In this document: piece after piece, positions 30,497 to 40,890 of the stretch | Position numbering within the stretch: the stretch's first letter is position 1 | How the letters are laid out: each line of letters starts with the position of its first letter | Notes under the pieces: model-generated | What the model was told of the DNA's origin: nothing | The model's input: only the letters and a program-made list of their open reading frames with translations | Database searches by the model: none | Position numbers and translations under genes: made by a program | IMG/VR virus record: IMGVR_UViG_3300020045_005021 | Coordinates: 1 to 57,163 of that record | Reading direction: 5' to 3' (one strand) | Source: a virus | Lineage: Duplodnaviria > Caudoviricetes | Length of the DNA: 57,163 bases

Positions 30497-30802
30497 ATGA
30501 GCTACGGTATAGGAATTGTAATTCCAAAAGAAGATTTATCTAAGGACAAAATAAGATATGATTTTTGCGATTGGACACTTCCGATAACAAATAAAATATG
30601 TCCAAAAGACTGCAAAAAGGCATTTATAAAGTGGCACAAGGAATTTAAAGACGAATTAAAACAAACTTCTATAGATCTTCTCAGAACAGCTCCATGTGAC
30701 TGCGTATGCGTTATAGATTCTGATGGAAATTTTGAAAATCTAAACAGATCAAACTATAAATTATCAAGTGAAGCTGACATTAATAAATATTTTAAAAAAT
30801 AA
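30497..30802 (+). CDS. Hypothetical protein
   Basis: 101 aa ORF. Confidence 0.5.
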   Translation: MSYGIGIVIPKEDLSKDKIRYDFCDWTLPITNKICPKDCKKAFIKWHKEFKDELKQTSIDLLRTAPCDCVCVIDSDGNFENLNRSNYKLSSEADINKYFKK

Positions 30803-30968
30803 ATTATGTGGAAATCAATTATTGAAAAACTATTTTGCACTCACTCATGGAAAAGTCATGCAAAGAATCTGTATCCAAGCAATTCTGTTAATAATAACAG
30901 ATTTGAACAGACCACAGAAGTATTAATCTGTCAGAAATGTGGTAAAATTAAACAAATAAATTATTAAA

Positions 30969-31322
30969 ATGTATGATTTGGTAAAAAAATACTATAAATT
31001 CCCATTAAGCCAATTTAGTTCATATATTCTTGATGCAAATAACAATATGTGCTTAATGTATATTTCTTGTGGAATTGATAAAGAATCTAAACAAAGATTT
31101 TTAGATGTTCTAAATGGAATAAAAGGAATTGTATTTAACTCTGAGAAGCATGTATTCTCAATTAAAAATGGAGATATATTTTCAGATGATAATAAATTTA
31201 TGATTGTTCGAGGATGGGGAAGATTACAATATATTAAAACTGACAAACCAGAAAAAATTCAAGATGAATTTGGACAATGGGTTATTGATACTTTAAATAA
31301 TTATAATTCAACATTAAATTAA
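30969..31322 (+). CDS. Hypothetical protein
   Basis: 117 aa, VRGWGRL motif. Confidence 0.6.
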   Translation: MYDLVKKYYKFPLSQFSSYILDANNNMCLMYISCGIDKESKQRFLDVLNGIKGIVFNSEKHVFSIKNGDIFSDDNKFMIVRGWGRLQYIKTDKPEKIQDEFGQWVIDTLNNYNSTLN

Positions 31323-31327
31323 AAGAT

Positions 31328-31663
31328 ATGAATGATATTTTAAATGCAAAAGAAGAATTATTGAAAACTCTAAAAGAATATAATCTTACAATAAAATGCG
31401 CTAAAATAACTTATGGAGAACAATGGGATGATGAAGAAAAAGTCCCAGAGTATATTTTGAAAGTAAATTACAATGAAGAGGATTATGCTAAATTCTTAAA
31501 TGAAATAAATTTTGATTACGATTCTGGGTTTGGAGGACAAAGATTATTTGGAGAAGTTTGGCTAACAAATGGCACTTGGCTATCTCGTAGAGAATACGAT
31601 GGTTCTGAATGGTGGGATTATAATGTTCTTCCAGAAATTCCAAAAGAATTACTTAATGACTAA
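31328..31663 (+). CDS. Conserved phage hypothetical protein
   Basis: YDSGFGGQRLFGEVW...REYDGSEWW motif. Confidence 0.65.
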   Translation: MNDILNAKEELLKTLKEYNLTIKCAKITYGEQWDDEEKVPEYILKVNYNEEDYAKFLNEINFDYDSGFGGQRLFGEVWLTNGTWLSRREYDGSEWWDYNVLPEIPKELLND

Positions 31664-32822
31664 AAAAGAAATATCTAGACAATTAATTAAATCTAAATGT
31701 GAGGAATTATTTGATAATTATAAAGCTATTTTGTTAATTTTTGCTACAGGCGTTGGAAAATCTTTTAATGCAATAAATCTGCAACAACGAGTAAATGCTA
31801 AAAAAACATTTATTTGTGTTGCGGAAATTTCACACATCAAAAATTGGCAAGATGAATATATAAAACATGGATTTGAGGAATTATTAAAGTCAACAGAAAT
31901 ATTTTGTTATGCTTCGCTAAAAAAGTATAGAAATAAATCATGTGATATATTAATACTCGATGAGGCACATCATTTGACATCCGACAGAATTGATACAATT
32001 AAAACAATTCCAAGAAAAGCAACTATTGGATTATCAGCTACAATGTCAGATGAAAACCAATACGACTTTGCATTAGCGTCTGGTGGACACAAAAGTTATA
32101 TAATTACTATGGAAGAAGCCATTGAGATGGAAATTCTTCCTAAACCAAAAGTTTACTTAATAGGCTTAGAATTAGATAATTCAAATAAGTCTGAAACTAT
32201 TAATTTTAAACGTGGTAAGAATATAAAGGAAATTCATTGTGACTATCTTCAAAGAAACACTTATATATATGCTAAAAGTAAATATCCTACATTAAATTTA
32301 ATTATACATTGTACTCAAAAAGAAAAGTATGACTATATAGATGCAGAATATAATAGAGCTGCAATGTATAAACGTACTGGATGGTTGAGATATGGTGGAG
32401 TTAGAAAGAAATATTTAAGTGATTGTAAAACTAATAAAATTAAAGAATTATGCGAAAGTATTAAAGATAAAAGATTTATATGTTTTTGTGGAAGTATAGA
32501 ACAAGCTGAAGAAGTAAATTCAATTAATTGTATTCATTCAAAGAAAGAATCAACTAAGATAATTAATGCCTTTAATTCGAAGCAAATAAACTCGATATAT
32601 GCCGTTAAAAAGTTGGTTGAAGGCATGAACTTAACTGACATACAAGCTGCAATTATAGGGCAGCTAGATGGCACTGAGAGACCGTTTATTCAAATGACTG
32701 GAAGATCACTTAGGGCTGAATTTCCTGAAGTCTATGTGCTATTCTTTAAAGATACGAAAGATATAGATTATTTAGAAAATGTAACTAATAATATTCCTCA
32801 AGAATATATTAACTATTTATAA
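31656..32822 (+). CDS. SF2 (DEAD/DEAH) helicase
   Basis: ATGVGKS, DEAHH, LSAT, EGMNL, QMTGRSLR; start ATG 31656. Confidence 0.9.
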   Translation: MTKKEISRQLIKSKCEELFDNYKAILLIFATGVGKSFNAINLQQRVNAKKTFICVAEISHIKNWQDEYIKHGFEELLKSTEIFCYASLKKYRNKSCDILILDEAHHLTSDRIDTIKTIPRKATIGLSATMSDENQYDFALASGGHKSYIITMEEAIEMEILPKPKVYLIGLELDNSNKSETINFKRGKNIKEIHCDYLQRNTYIYAKSKYPTLNLIIHCTQKEKYDYIDAEYNRAAMYKRTGWLRYGGVRKKYLSDCKTNKIKELCESIKDKRFICFCGSIEQAEEVNSINCIHSKKESTKIINAFNSKQINSIYAVKKLVEGMNLTDIQAAIIGQLDGTERPFIQMTGRSLRAEFPEVYVLFFKDTKDIDYLENVTNNIPQEYINYL

Positions 32823-33161
32823 TCATGAAAAGACAAGAAGGTTTTTATTGGGGTAAAGTAAAAGATAATTGGGATATTTACTACTGGAGTGGATATTCTT
32901 GGAGAACTCTTGGACCAGATTGCGATTGGGAAGAAGAATTTTTTAATGAAATTGATGAAAAACAAATTAAAAGAGAATAAAATATGACATTATCAGAATA
33001 TGTAAGAAATATATTAAACAAAATAAAAGATGAATATAAAGGTTCGGATAAAAATGTAATAAGACATTTATGTATATATTGGCATAATGTTGGATATTCA
33101 TATTCAAATATATCCAATGTATCTGATAAAGATTTTATTCAAGAAGTAAATAAACAAGTAG

Positions 33162-33734
33162 ATGAGCAATAATCTATTACAAATTGATAAATCTGTTCTC
33201 AAACAATATAATATAAGACTAACTGAATATTTCTTCATGATGATACTATTGTATTATCCCAACACAAGAATATCAATAGACTTATCAAATTTGCTTGAGA
33301 ATGGATTTATTATTGAAAATGATGTTGGATATTCATTAACTGATATAGGATTAAGTTTTATTAGTGAAGTAGAAACTATGTCTGTTGATAAGAAAATATC
33401 TAATAAAGATGTTGAGAATTTGGCTGAGCAAATGAGATTGTTATTTCCTGAAGGTAAAAAGCAGGGTACAACAAAGTATTGGAGAGACAATAAATCAAAT
33501 GTAGAAGCTAAATTAAAGACATTTTTTAAGAAATATGGTCATTATGATTCAGAATTAATATTAAAAGCTACGCAAAAGTATGTTGATAGTTTTGGGGATA
33601 GCAAGCAATTAATGCGGACGATTATATACCTAATTGAAAAGGATGGAAGTTCTGACTTAATGACTATTATAGAAAATATTGATGAAGTAAAAAGTGATGC
33701 TAATAATGAATTATGGGGCAGTAAATTAATGTAA
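33162..33734 (+). CDS. Putative replication initiator / helicase-loader-like protein
   Basis: wHTH-like N-terminus; directly upstream of the DnaB-like helicase. Confidence 0.45.
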   Translation: MSNNLLQIDKSVLKQYNIRLTEYFFMMILLYYPNTRISIDLSNLLENGFIIENDVGYSLTDIGLSFISEVETMSVDKKISNKDVENLAEQMRLLFPEGKKQGTTKYWRDNKSNVEAKLKTFFKKYGHYDSELILKATQKYVDSFGDSKQLMRTIIYLIEKDGSSDLMTIIENIDEVKSDANNELWGSKLM

Positions 33735-34990
33735 TGAGTGAATTAAAACTATTTGACAGAGTATATAGAGATATAAAAGGTCGTAGAGAAAAAATTCTTT
33801 CAGGTAAAATCAATTGTATTCCATGCACATTTAGTAGATTTAAAACGGAATGGCCTGGTATAGAGCAAGGTAGATATTATTCTGTGACGGCGCAACAAAA
33901 GGTTGCCAAGACTCAATTTACCGACAAGGTATTTTTGTACGATCCATTCTTTTATGCATTTAACAATCGAGATACAATCAGGATAAAGATAATCTATTTT
34001 AGCCTTGAGATTAGCGCAGAAGAGAAGTATAAGCAGTTTATATGTCACCTACTGTACGTTCTATCAAAAGGCAGAATTAGAGTCTCTCAGAGAGATTTAA
34101 ATTCAGTTATACAAGATAGTCCAATAAGTCAAGAAGTTTTAGATACCTTAGGTTCAAATGAGTATAAAGAATATTTTAAATTCTTTGAAAAATGCGTAGA
34201 TATCATCTCTCACATTAGAAATCCTACCGGGATGCATGAATATGTAAAGCAATATGCTAAAGAACATGGACATTGGGAATACAAAGAGATTGACTGGAAG
34301 GAATTTGATGGTTCTATAACTAAAAAGAAGGTTAAAGATTATTATATCCCAGACGATCCAGATGAATATGTTGAGATAATAACGGACCATGTTAGTTTAA
34401 TAACTTCAGAATCAGAAGATGGTAAAGCTCTAGGGCTTCATGGAAGTATGGGTAAGTTATCTTCCAAATATATGATTAGTTGGAGAGATGATTTTAAATA
34501 TATTCCGATCACAGTCCATCAACAGGCTTTAAGTGGTGAATCTACTGAAAATGTAAAATTGGGTAAATTAAAACCTTCTGTAGCTGATCTTGGTGACAAT
34601 AAAATGTTATCACGCGATGTCAATATGATGTTTGGATTATTTAGTCCATACAGACATGGAATACATGATTACATGGGATATTCAATTGATAAGTTTGAAG
34701 ACAATATTAGATTTCTTGAAATAATGATATCTAGAGAAGGCGGTGGTGGGATGACATGCCCATTGTATTTCGATGGAGCAGTTAATTTTTTTAGAGAATT
34801 ACCATTACCAGGAGATGGCATTGGGATAGCGAAGGTTTATTCTATGTTAGAAAGTATAAGACAACCCAAAAAGGTTGCAATGTTTTTATATAAAAATAAT
34901 GATGAATTAAAAAAGAAGAGGAGGAATATATGGCAAAAGTTATCGGCATTTTTGGGATGTCAGGCGAAGGAAAAACAACAAGTACAATAA
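33734..34990 (+). CDS. DnaB-like replicative helicase
   Basis: AQQKVAKT Walker A variant, YFSLE, IITDH, VHQQ, DLGDNK. Confidence 0.8.
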   Translation: MSELKLFDRVYRDIKGRREKILSGKINCIPCTFSRFKTEWPGIEQGRYYSVTAQQKVAKTQFTDKVFLYDPFFYAFNNRDTIRIKIIYFSLEISAEEKYKQFICHLLYVLSKGRIRVSQRDLNSVIQDSPISQEVLDTLGSNEYKEYFKFFEKCVDIISHIRNPTGMHEYVKQYAKEHGHWEYKEIDWKEFDGSITKKKVKDYYIPDDPDEYVEIITDHVSLITSESEDGKALGLHGSMGKLSSKYMISWRDDFKYIPITVHQQALSGESTENVKLGKLKPSVADLGDNKMLSRDVNMMFGLFSPYRHGIHDYMGYSIDKFEDNIRFLEIMISREGGGGMTCPLYFDGAVNFFRELPLPGDGIGIAKVYSMLESIRQPKKVAMFLYKNNDELKKKRRNIWQKLSAFLGCQAKEKQQVQ

Positions 34991-35634
34991 TCAATCCAGA
35001 TGGAAGTTTTGATTTTAGTAAAGAAGGCTACAAGGGAATGAACCCTGAAAGTCATTTTATTATTAATCTTGACATGAAAGATGTTCCATTCCCAGCAGGA
35101 ATGTGGAGCATTGAGAATAAAAATATGATTGTTACTAGTGATATTAAGCAGATAGTAACTGCTTTAACTTGGGCATCAAAAAATCCTGCTATAAAATCAG
35201 TAGCATTAGACACAATTAATTTATATCTTGCATATAAAGAGTATAATGATAGAAAGAAATTGTCTTTTGATAACTGGAGGGACATCGCTAATGACCTTAT
35301 AGAAATTAATACAATGTGTAATACTATTCTCAGACCAGATCAGATAGCTTATATTATGGGTCATGTTGAATTGATTACAGATGTGAATGGTAAGGAAAAG
35401 AAAGTTTTAAGTGTTATCGGTAAGAAGTCTAAAAGACAAATGCCTGAAGGATTCTATCCAATATGCTTATTTACAAATATGGAATGTGATGGAGATGGCA
35501 ATAATACATTTACTTTTGAGACTAGAGCTAATCAATCATCAGCTAAGACTCCAATTGGAATGTTCAATGACTTCTTAATTCCAAACAGTCTTAGGTTGGT
35601 CGATGACACTGTTCGTAATTATTATAAAATGTAA
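34930..35634 (+). CDS. AAA ATPase (Sak4/AAA_24-like)
   Basis: GMSGEGKT Walker A, ALDT Walker B, AKTPIGMF. Confidence 0.8.
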   Translation: MAKVIGIFGMSGEGKTTSTIINPDGSFDFSKEGYKGMNPESHFIINLDMKDVPFPAGMWSIENKNMIVTSDIKQIVTALTWASKNPAIKSVALDTINLYLAYKEYNDRKKLSFDNWRDIANDLIEINTMCNTILRPDQIAYIMGHVELITDVNGKEKKVLSVIGKKSKRQMPEGFYPICLFTNMECDGDGNNTFTFETRANQSSAKTPIGMFNDFLIPNSLRLVDDTVRNYYKM

Positions 35635-35719
35635 TTATGAATATATTTTATTGTATAGGAAGTTGTGAAGGGCAATTAATTTATTGTCATCATTTCATTC
35701 CAGAGGAAGAAATTAAATA

Positions 35720-35941
35720 ATGAGTGATTGGGCAAATAAAGCTAGACAAAGAAATTGGTTATTAATGAGACTTGTGGGGAGTGTATCACTATTTGGTAAC
35801 AGGTCGGTCGTTACGCCAAAGGAAGCATTAATAATGGCTGAAATACACGTAAATATATTAAAGCTAATAAATAGTTTTAGTGATAATTCTAAGCAGTTAG
35901 GATTTAAGGTAAAAGATAAAGTTGAAAAGCAATGGGATTAG
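35720..35941 (+). CDS. Hypothetical protein
   Basis: 73 aa ORF. Confidence 0.5.
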   Translation: MSDWANKARQRNWLLMRLVGSVSLFGNRSVVTPKEALIMAEIHVNILKLINSFSDNSKQLGFKVKDKVEKQWD

Positions 35942-36120
35942 GTAATTCAGTTATCAAAAGTTTAGAATCAGATAGAACTAAACTAAATACGAAAATAGCC
36001 AGACTTTATGCTAAAAGACAAAAATTAGTAGACCAACTAAATAGTCAAATATACTACACAAACGGTCAAATCGAGGAGATAAATAAGAAATTAATAGAAT
36101 TTAATAAACAAAACAATTAG
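35932..36120 (+). CDS. Small coiled-coil protein
   Basis: 62 aa ORF. Confidence 0.45.
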   Translation: MGLGNSVIKSLESDRTKLNTKIARLYAKRQKLVDQLNSQIYYTNGQIEEINKKLIEFNKQNN

Positions 36121-36123
36121 AAG

Positions 36124-37050
36124 ATGAGTATAAGTGCTGGTCAGGAGACAAAAGAGACGCAAGGTGGAGCTAGATTAATGACTGGGTTAGTACCAATGAT
36201 GGTAGTAGCAGTTAATCCATCAAAAAAAGAATTAGAACAAATTTACGGACGTGATTTAGATAAAGAGCCAGAGTATCTTTCAGCCGATGAACAAGGTGTA
36301 AAAAAGTTACGTATTGACTTTATTATGAAAACTGTTGTAAATGACAAATTAGGATGTAATGAAGAGATTATTACTAAAGTGCCATTCTTCCTGGATGATA
36401 AACCAGCATATACTTCTGATGGAAGTAAAGTATATATGCTTAATCTTTATGGGGAGAATGCATGTATTCCAGTAGAAGATGCTAAGAAGAATACAGTGCC
36501 AGAGAATATGGCTTGGTATAACACAACTAAAATGCGTCCGGCATTTCGTGGCGAAGTAGAATTGGTTGGATTCCTTAAACAATATCTAGGAATTCCTAAT
36601 CGTGCATTTAAAGATAAAGTTATTCCAGATGTAACCAAAGCTGAAATTCAGCTTGAGAAGATTAAAAGTTATTTCAATGGTGATATTAAAGAGTTTGTAT
36701 CAGTTGTAAACTTACGTAAAGCAACTAACATTGTATTATTAGCTGGTGGAGTACGCACTAACGATGATAACAAACAATATCAAGCTTGGTATTTAAAGAA
36801 GCCATTGAAATATGGTACAACTAATCTTGAATATATAAAAAGAGATATTAAGGAACGTCAATCACAAATGAATGTAGACTTTGGACCAGAAGACCTTAAA
36901 TTTAGAGTTTATACTAATGAGCCAACAGTTTTTGAAGGCTCGCCTAATGCAACTACAGTAGCTGGTGACGACCCATTTGCATTAGCAATGAATACTGGAG
37001 TTCCAGCGAATGCTGAATCAACTCCACCAGATGATTTTTGGAATAATTAA
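36124..37050 (+). CDS. Putative ssDNA-binding/recombination protein
   Basis: VVAVNPSKKEL motif, acidic aromatic tail (DDPF...DDFW); follows the AAA ATPase. Confidence 0.55.
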   Translation: MSISAGQETKETQGGARLMTGLVPMMVVAVNPSKKELEQIYGRDLDKEPEYLSADEQGVKKLRIDFIMKTVVNDKLGCNEEIITKVPFFLDDKPAYTSDGSKVYMLNLYGENACIPVEDAKKNTVPENMAWYNTTKMRPAFRGEVELVGFLKQYLGIPNRAFKDKVIPDVTKAEIQLEKIKSYFNGDIKEFVSVVNLRKATNIVLLAGGVRTNDDNKQYQAWYLKKPLKYGTTNLEYIKRDIKERQSQMNVDFGPEDLKFRVYTNEPTVFEGSPNATTVAGDDPFALAMNTGVPANAESTPPDDFWNN

Positions 37051-37257
37051 TCAATATAAAAGAAAGGAGGATTACTGTGAATTTTGAAGTTCAAGAAGTA
37101 GACGAAGACATGACAGAAAACTAATGTCAATGTGAAAAAAGGTTTATAGTAGCAAGTTCTTAAACAAGAAACCTTGAACCCTTACTAGAAGACATAATGA
37201 TCGGAAGGGGTGACAGACCAAGAGGTAATTCTCTAGGAGCGCTTTAATTTAAGAGGA

Positions 37258-37357
37258 TGGCATATGGCGGAATTGGTAGACGTTTAGGTAGAAGTCCTAT
37301 TTGTGAGATTAGCTCAGAAAGTAATTATTCATTCAGGTTCGAGTCCTGATATGCCAG
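37258..37357 (+). tRNA. tRNA-like element with class-II-like D-arm, non-canonical anticodon loop and long variable region
   Basis: TGGCATA/TATGCCA acceptor, GCGGAATTGGTAGACGT D-arm, TAGG-TAGAAGT-CCTA arm lacking U33, TCAGG TTCGAGT CCTGA T-arm. Confidence 0.6.
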
Positions 37358-37395
37358 CAAGTATAAGTAACTAACAATTAAAATAACATAATAAA

Positions 37396-37782
37396 ATGAT
37401 AAATAAAATTATAGAAATATTTTACCCATTTACAAATGATATAGATAAGTTTGTATTAAAGAATAAGGCTTCATGGTTTTCTAATAAATATAGAGATGTT
37501 TTATACTCTGGAAATGGTGGAAAAACTTTTAAAGAACTGCTGAGAGCTGAAAGACCTTTATTTGAACATGGAGATTCTATATTGGAATATAATTGGTCAT
37601 TTACAAATGAAACATTTAATTGTGAAGATAAAAGCTTTTCGGAATATAAAGATAAATTTAAATGCTTAGAAGATATTAATGATTACATTAAAAATCAATA
37701 CAATATATATCTAGATGGAAGAAAAGATGTTGAAATTAAGAGAAAAAGATATTTAAATAAATTAAATGAAAATATACAATAA
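37396..37782 (+). CDS. Hypothetical protein
   Basis: 128 aa ORF. Confidence 0.55.
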   Translation: MINKIIEIFYPFTNDIDKFVLKNKASWFSNKYRDVLYSGNGGKTFKELLRAERPLFEHGDSILEYNWSFTNETFNCEDKSFSEYKDKFKCLEDINDYIKNQYNIYLDGRKDVEIKRKRYLNKLNENIQ

Positions 37783-37793
37783 ATTAAAATAAC

Positions 37794-38189
37794 ATGGAAG
37801 AAATTAAAAACAAAAAATTCAAATTCACAGAACTTTATTATCAATTTCCAAAGATGATTGAATTAGAAATAATTGGTGAAGACTTTAGATTTAATATACA
37901 ATTATATGAATCACCATTTGGAAATTGTCAAACATTCACTATTGGAAGTGCATTTAAACTAAAAAATTGTAATAAAGAAGAAATTATAGAATTATTCAAA
38001 TTGATATATAATAAATTTGGTAGACAGCAAGTGCTTATTGATTTAAAAGAAGAGCATAATGAAGAAACACTAAAAGCAATTGAGCATATTATTATAAACA
38101 AATACTCAACTCGATATGTAAGTACAAATGGTAGTCATATGAATTTAAATCTTATACAGTTAAAAACAAGTTTATTAAGTAACGAATAA
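37794..38189 (+). CDS. Hypothetical protein (NCQ motif; possible GNAT-like fold)
   Basis: GNCQ...STNGS pattern similar to the neighbouring gene. Confidence 0.45.
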   Translation: MEEIKNKKFKFTELYYQFPKMIELEIIGEDFRFNIQLYESPFGNCQTFTIGSAFKLKNCNKEEIIELFKLIYNKFGRQQVLIDLKEEHNEETLKAIEHIIINKYSTRYVSTNGSHMNLNLIQLKTSLLSNE

Positions 38190-38200
38190 AATAACAGAAA

Positions 38201-38770
38201 ATGAAATTAAAATGTATTAATCAAGGAAATTTTAAAAATATCACTCTTGGAAATGAATATCAACTACTAGAAGAGAGTGTTGATCTTTATATCATAATAA
38301 ACAACGGTGGAGTTAGTGCGAGATACTCAAAAGATTATTTCGAAGTAATCCCAGAGCAAATTCCAGATATTATTGAAGATGTTGAAGAAGTTGGAGTTGT
38401 AGAAGATGAAATTGAAGTAGAATTTGATACCGATGATAGCGATAGCGATATTGTATGTTCAATAAATGACAATATAGTAACTTTAGACTTTTATGAAGTA
38501 GCTTCAAATTGTGGAGTTAAATCATATCATAGAATGAATTATTTATTTGAAAATTGTGACCACAATCCAGTATTATTTGAAAAAGTAATCACGGCTATAA
38601 TTGAAGAAGTCATTTACAGAAACAATTCATGTATGTTGATTTTTTCAACAAATAACACTTATCCTGAAATATGGACAGCTTTAGATAAAGTTATGGATTT
38701 TAGCAGTAAATCTGTAGAAAATCCTAATTCAGATTTACAAGTAAAACTTTGGATAAAATACACCAATTAA
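38201..38770 (+). CDS. Hypothetical protein: small N-terminal domain, acidic linker, NCG/NPNS domain
   Basis: MKLKCIN..ITLGNEY; EDVEEVGVVEDEIEVEFDTDDSDSD linker; SNCG...ENPNS. Confidence 0.5.
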   Translation: MKLKCINQGNFKNITLGNEYQLLEESVDLYIIINNGGVSARYSKDYFEVIPEQIPDIIEDVEEVGVVEDEIEVEFDTDDSDSDIVCSINDNIVTLDFYEVASNCGVKSYHRMNYLFENCDHNPVLFEKVITAIIEEVIYRNNSCMLIFSTNNTYPEIWTALDKVMDFSSKSVENPNSDLQVKLWIKYTN

Positions 38771-38771
38771 T

Positions 38772-39047
38772 ATGCCAAATAAAAAAATAAATATTTGGCA
38801 ATTGCTATCCAATTATCCACAATCAGATATCAACTGCTCTACTCACAGGAATGGAAGTGGAGATACGGTAATGGGGATGGAAGAAATAAAAGAAGCCATG
38901 TTAGATTTTGGCAAACAATTATTAGAATTAGCTGCTGAAAATGCTAAATGTATATATGTCCCACATCCACACAAAGAATATGATAGAGAGATATGCTTGG
39001 GTGTAGATAAACAATCTATTTTAAACACAATTAATCAAGTAGAATAA
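38772..39047 (+). CDS. Hypothetical protein (AAENAK...VDKQSIL family)
   Basis: Motif shared with 48431-48661. Confidence 0.55.
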   Translation: MPNKKINIWQLLSNYPQSDINCSTHRNGSGDTVMGMEEIKEAMLDFGKQLLELAAENAKCIYVPHPHKEYDREICLGVDKQSILNTINQVE

Positions 39048-39048
39048 T

Positions 39049-40062
39049 ATGCCAATATCAAATGGATTTCCAACGGTAGAAATATCGTTGGATTCCATTC
39101 TTGATTATAAAACAGAATTAGATATACTTAACTTTTATATTGGAGTAGATAATTTGCCAATAATGATTAGTTCACCGCTAAGAGAAGATAGAGGACCGTC
39201 ATTTAGACTTGATTACAATGAAAATGGTAATATAAGGTTTTATGACTTTGGTGGAACAAATCAAAAAGGTGGAATATTTGACTTACTTATGGATTTATAT
39301 AAACTTACATTCTCAGAATGTCTAGAAAAGGTTTATGGTGAAATGATATTAGGTCATGATTTAGTAAAAATAAAACGCAATACTTCAATAAAAAATAATT
39401 CTGTTCATAAATCAGAAATATCCAAGATAAATGTAAAAGTAAGACCATTGAGGAATCACGATTTAGAATTTTGGGGTAGTGGTGGAATAACAGAAGAATG
39501 GTTATCTTTTGGAGATATACATCCTATATCTCATATGTTTATAACTAAGAATGGAAATGACATGGTTATTCCATGTGAGAAACACGCCTATGCTTACATA
39601 GAGTTCAAGGATGGACTTCCAACGTATAAGATATACCAACCATTCAGTGAGAATTATAAATGGCTTAATAACCACGATAGGTCTGTATGGGATTTATGGA
39701 GTAAATTACCCGAATCTGGTGAGAATATAATCATTACTTCCAGTAGAAAAGATGCTCTAACTATATGGGCTAATACTGGAATACCATCAACAAGTGGTCA
39801 AGCTGAATCTGTAACATTTAAAGGTAATGTTATGGATCAGATTAAATCAAGATTTAAAAATGTTTTTGTATTATACGACAATGACTTTGATAAACCAGAA
39901 AACTATGGTAGAATTTATGGAAAAGAATTGGCTGATAAGCATAATTTAATTCAAATAGAGATACCAGAATATTATGAATCAAAAGATCCTTTTCAGTTTA
40001 GACAAAAACATGGAGAAGAAATATTTAAAAATACATTTAATTTTTTAATTAACGGAAAATAA
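39049..40062 (+). CDS. DNA primase (DnaG-like, TOPRIM)
   Basis: SPLREDRGPSF, FYDFG, ITSSRKDA, LYDND, KDP. Confidence 0.85.
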   Translation: MPISNGFPTVEISLDSILDYKTELDILNFYIGVDNLPIMISSPLREDRGPSFRLDYNENGNIRFYDFGGTNQKGGIFDLLMDLYKLTFSECLEKVYGEMILGHDLVKIKRNTSIKNNSVHKSEISKINVKVRPLRNHDLEFWGSGGITEEWLSFGDIHPISHMFITKNGNDMVIPCEKHAYAYIEFKDGLPTYKIYQPFSENYKWLNNHDRSVWDLWSKLPESGENIIITSSRKDALTIWANTGIPSTSGQAESVTFKGNVMDQIKSRFKNVFVLYDNDFDKPENYGRIYGKELADKHNLIQIEIPEYYESKDPFQFRQKHGEEIFKNTFNFLINGK

Positions 40063-40070
40063 ATTATACA

Positions 40071-40406
40071 ATGGAAATAGATATAAAAGAATATTTGTCA
40101 GATTCTGAGATAAAAGATATTTGCAAAGAAGTGGTTAAGTCTCACATAAAAACAGTATTAGGTAATGAAAGAACTTTTGTAACTACATTTACAAAAAGAC
40201 TTGCTAAAGATGAAGTACAAGAGTTAATTCCCAATTTTAAAGAATTAATTAATGAACATATCCAAGAACAAATCAAAACTATAACTCTTGGAGATTTCTT
40301 TGCTACATCATTTGGTTGGAGATCTGATGGAAATAAGATTTTTAATGGTATTTTATCAAATAACAAAGATTTAATTGAAGCTAAAATCAGAGATATTTTT
40401 AAATAA
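40071..40406 (+). CDS. Hypothetical protein
   Basis: 111 aa ORF. Confidence 0.55.
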   Translation: MEIDIKEYLSDSEIKDICKEVVKSHIKTVLGNERTFVTTFTKRLAKDEVQELIPNFKELINEHIQEQIKTITLGDFFATSFGWRSDGNKIFNGILSNNKDLIEAKIRDIFK

Positions 40407-40411
40407 ATAAT

Positions 40412-40888
40412 ATGCTACCAGAATTATACGAAAAATATAAACACCTTGAAGATTTAAAAATCTTTTGGGGTGGTAAGTCAAAAAAGATTACAAATGTAAG
40501 AGAATATCTTGAGAGATATTTCAAGAATGGAACTAAAGGTTCATATTATAAAGATGGAACTATTCAATGCTATCCACAAAGAAATAGAAGTTTCTATGAT
40601 TTATTCTTTATAGTAAAAGCTAGATTTAAAGAAATTACTGAAGAAGAATTAGCATTTCATTTAATTAATTTATTTGAAAATAATAATTTAAGATTTGTTC
40701 CATGTGGAGATGTTTGTAAAACAACATTTTTTGTGTCTGAAATGCATAATTACGGATATAATTGTCATGAGAAAGGAAGAGTTTATTTTAAATCTGATTC
40801 TAAGCAAAAATATGGAAATGAATTATCTTTTGTAGAAATTGAAGAATTAGCTGAAAATTACAAACAACAACAAATTATAAATAACTAA
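40412..40888 (+). CDS. Hypothetical protein
   Basis: 158 aa ORF. Confidence 0.55.
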   Translation: MLPELYEKYKHLEDLKIFWGGKSKKITNVREYLERYFKNGTKGSYYKDGTIQCYPQRNRSFYDLFFIVKARFKEITEEELAFHLINLFENNNLRFVPCGDVCKTTFFVSEMHNYGYNCHEKGRVYFKSDSKQKYGNELSFVEIEELAENYKQQQIINN

Positions 40889-40890
40889 TA

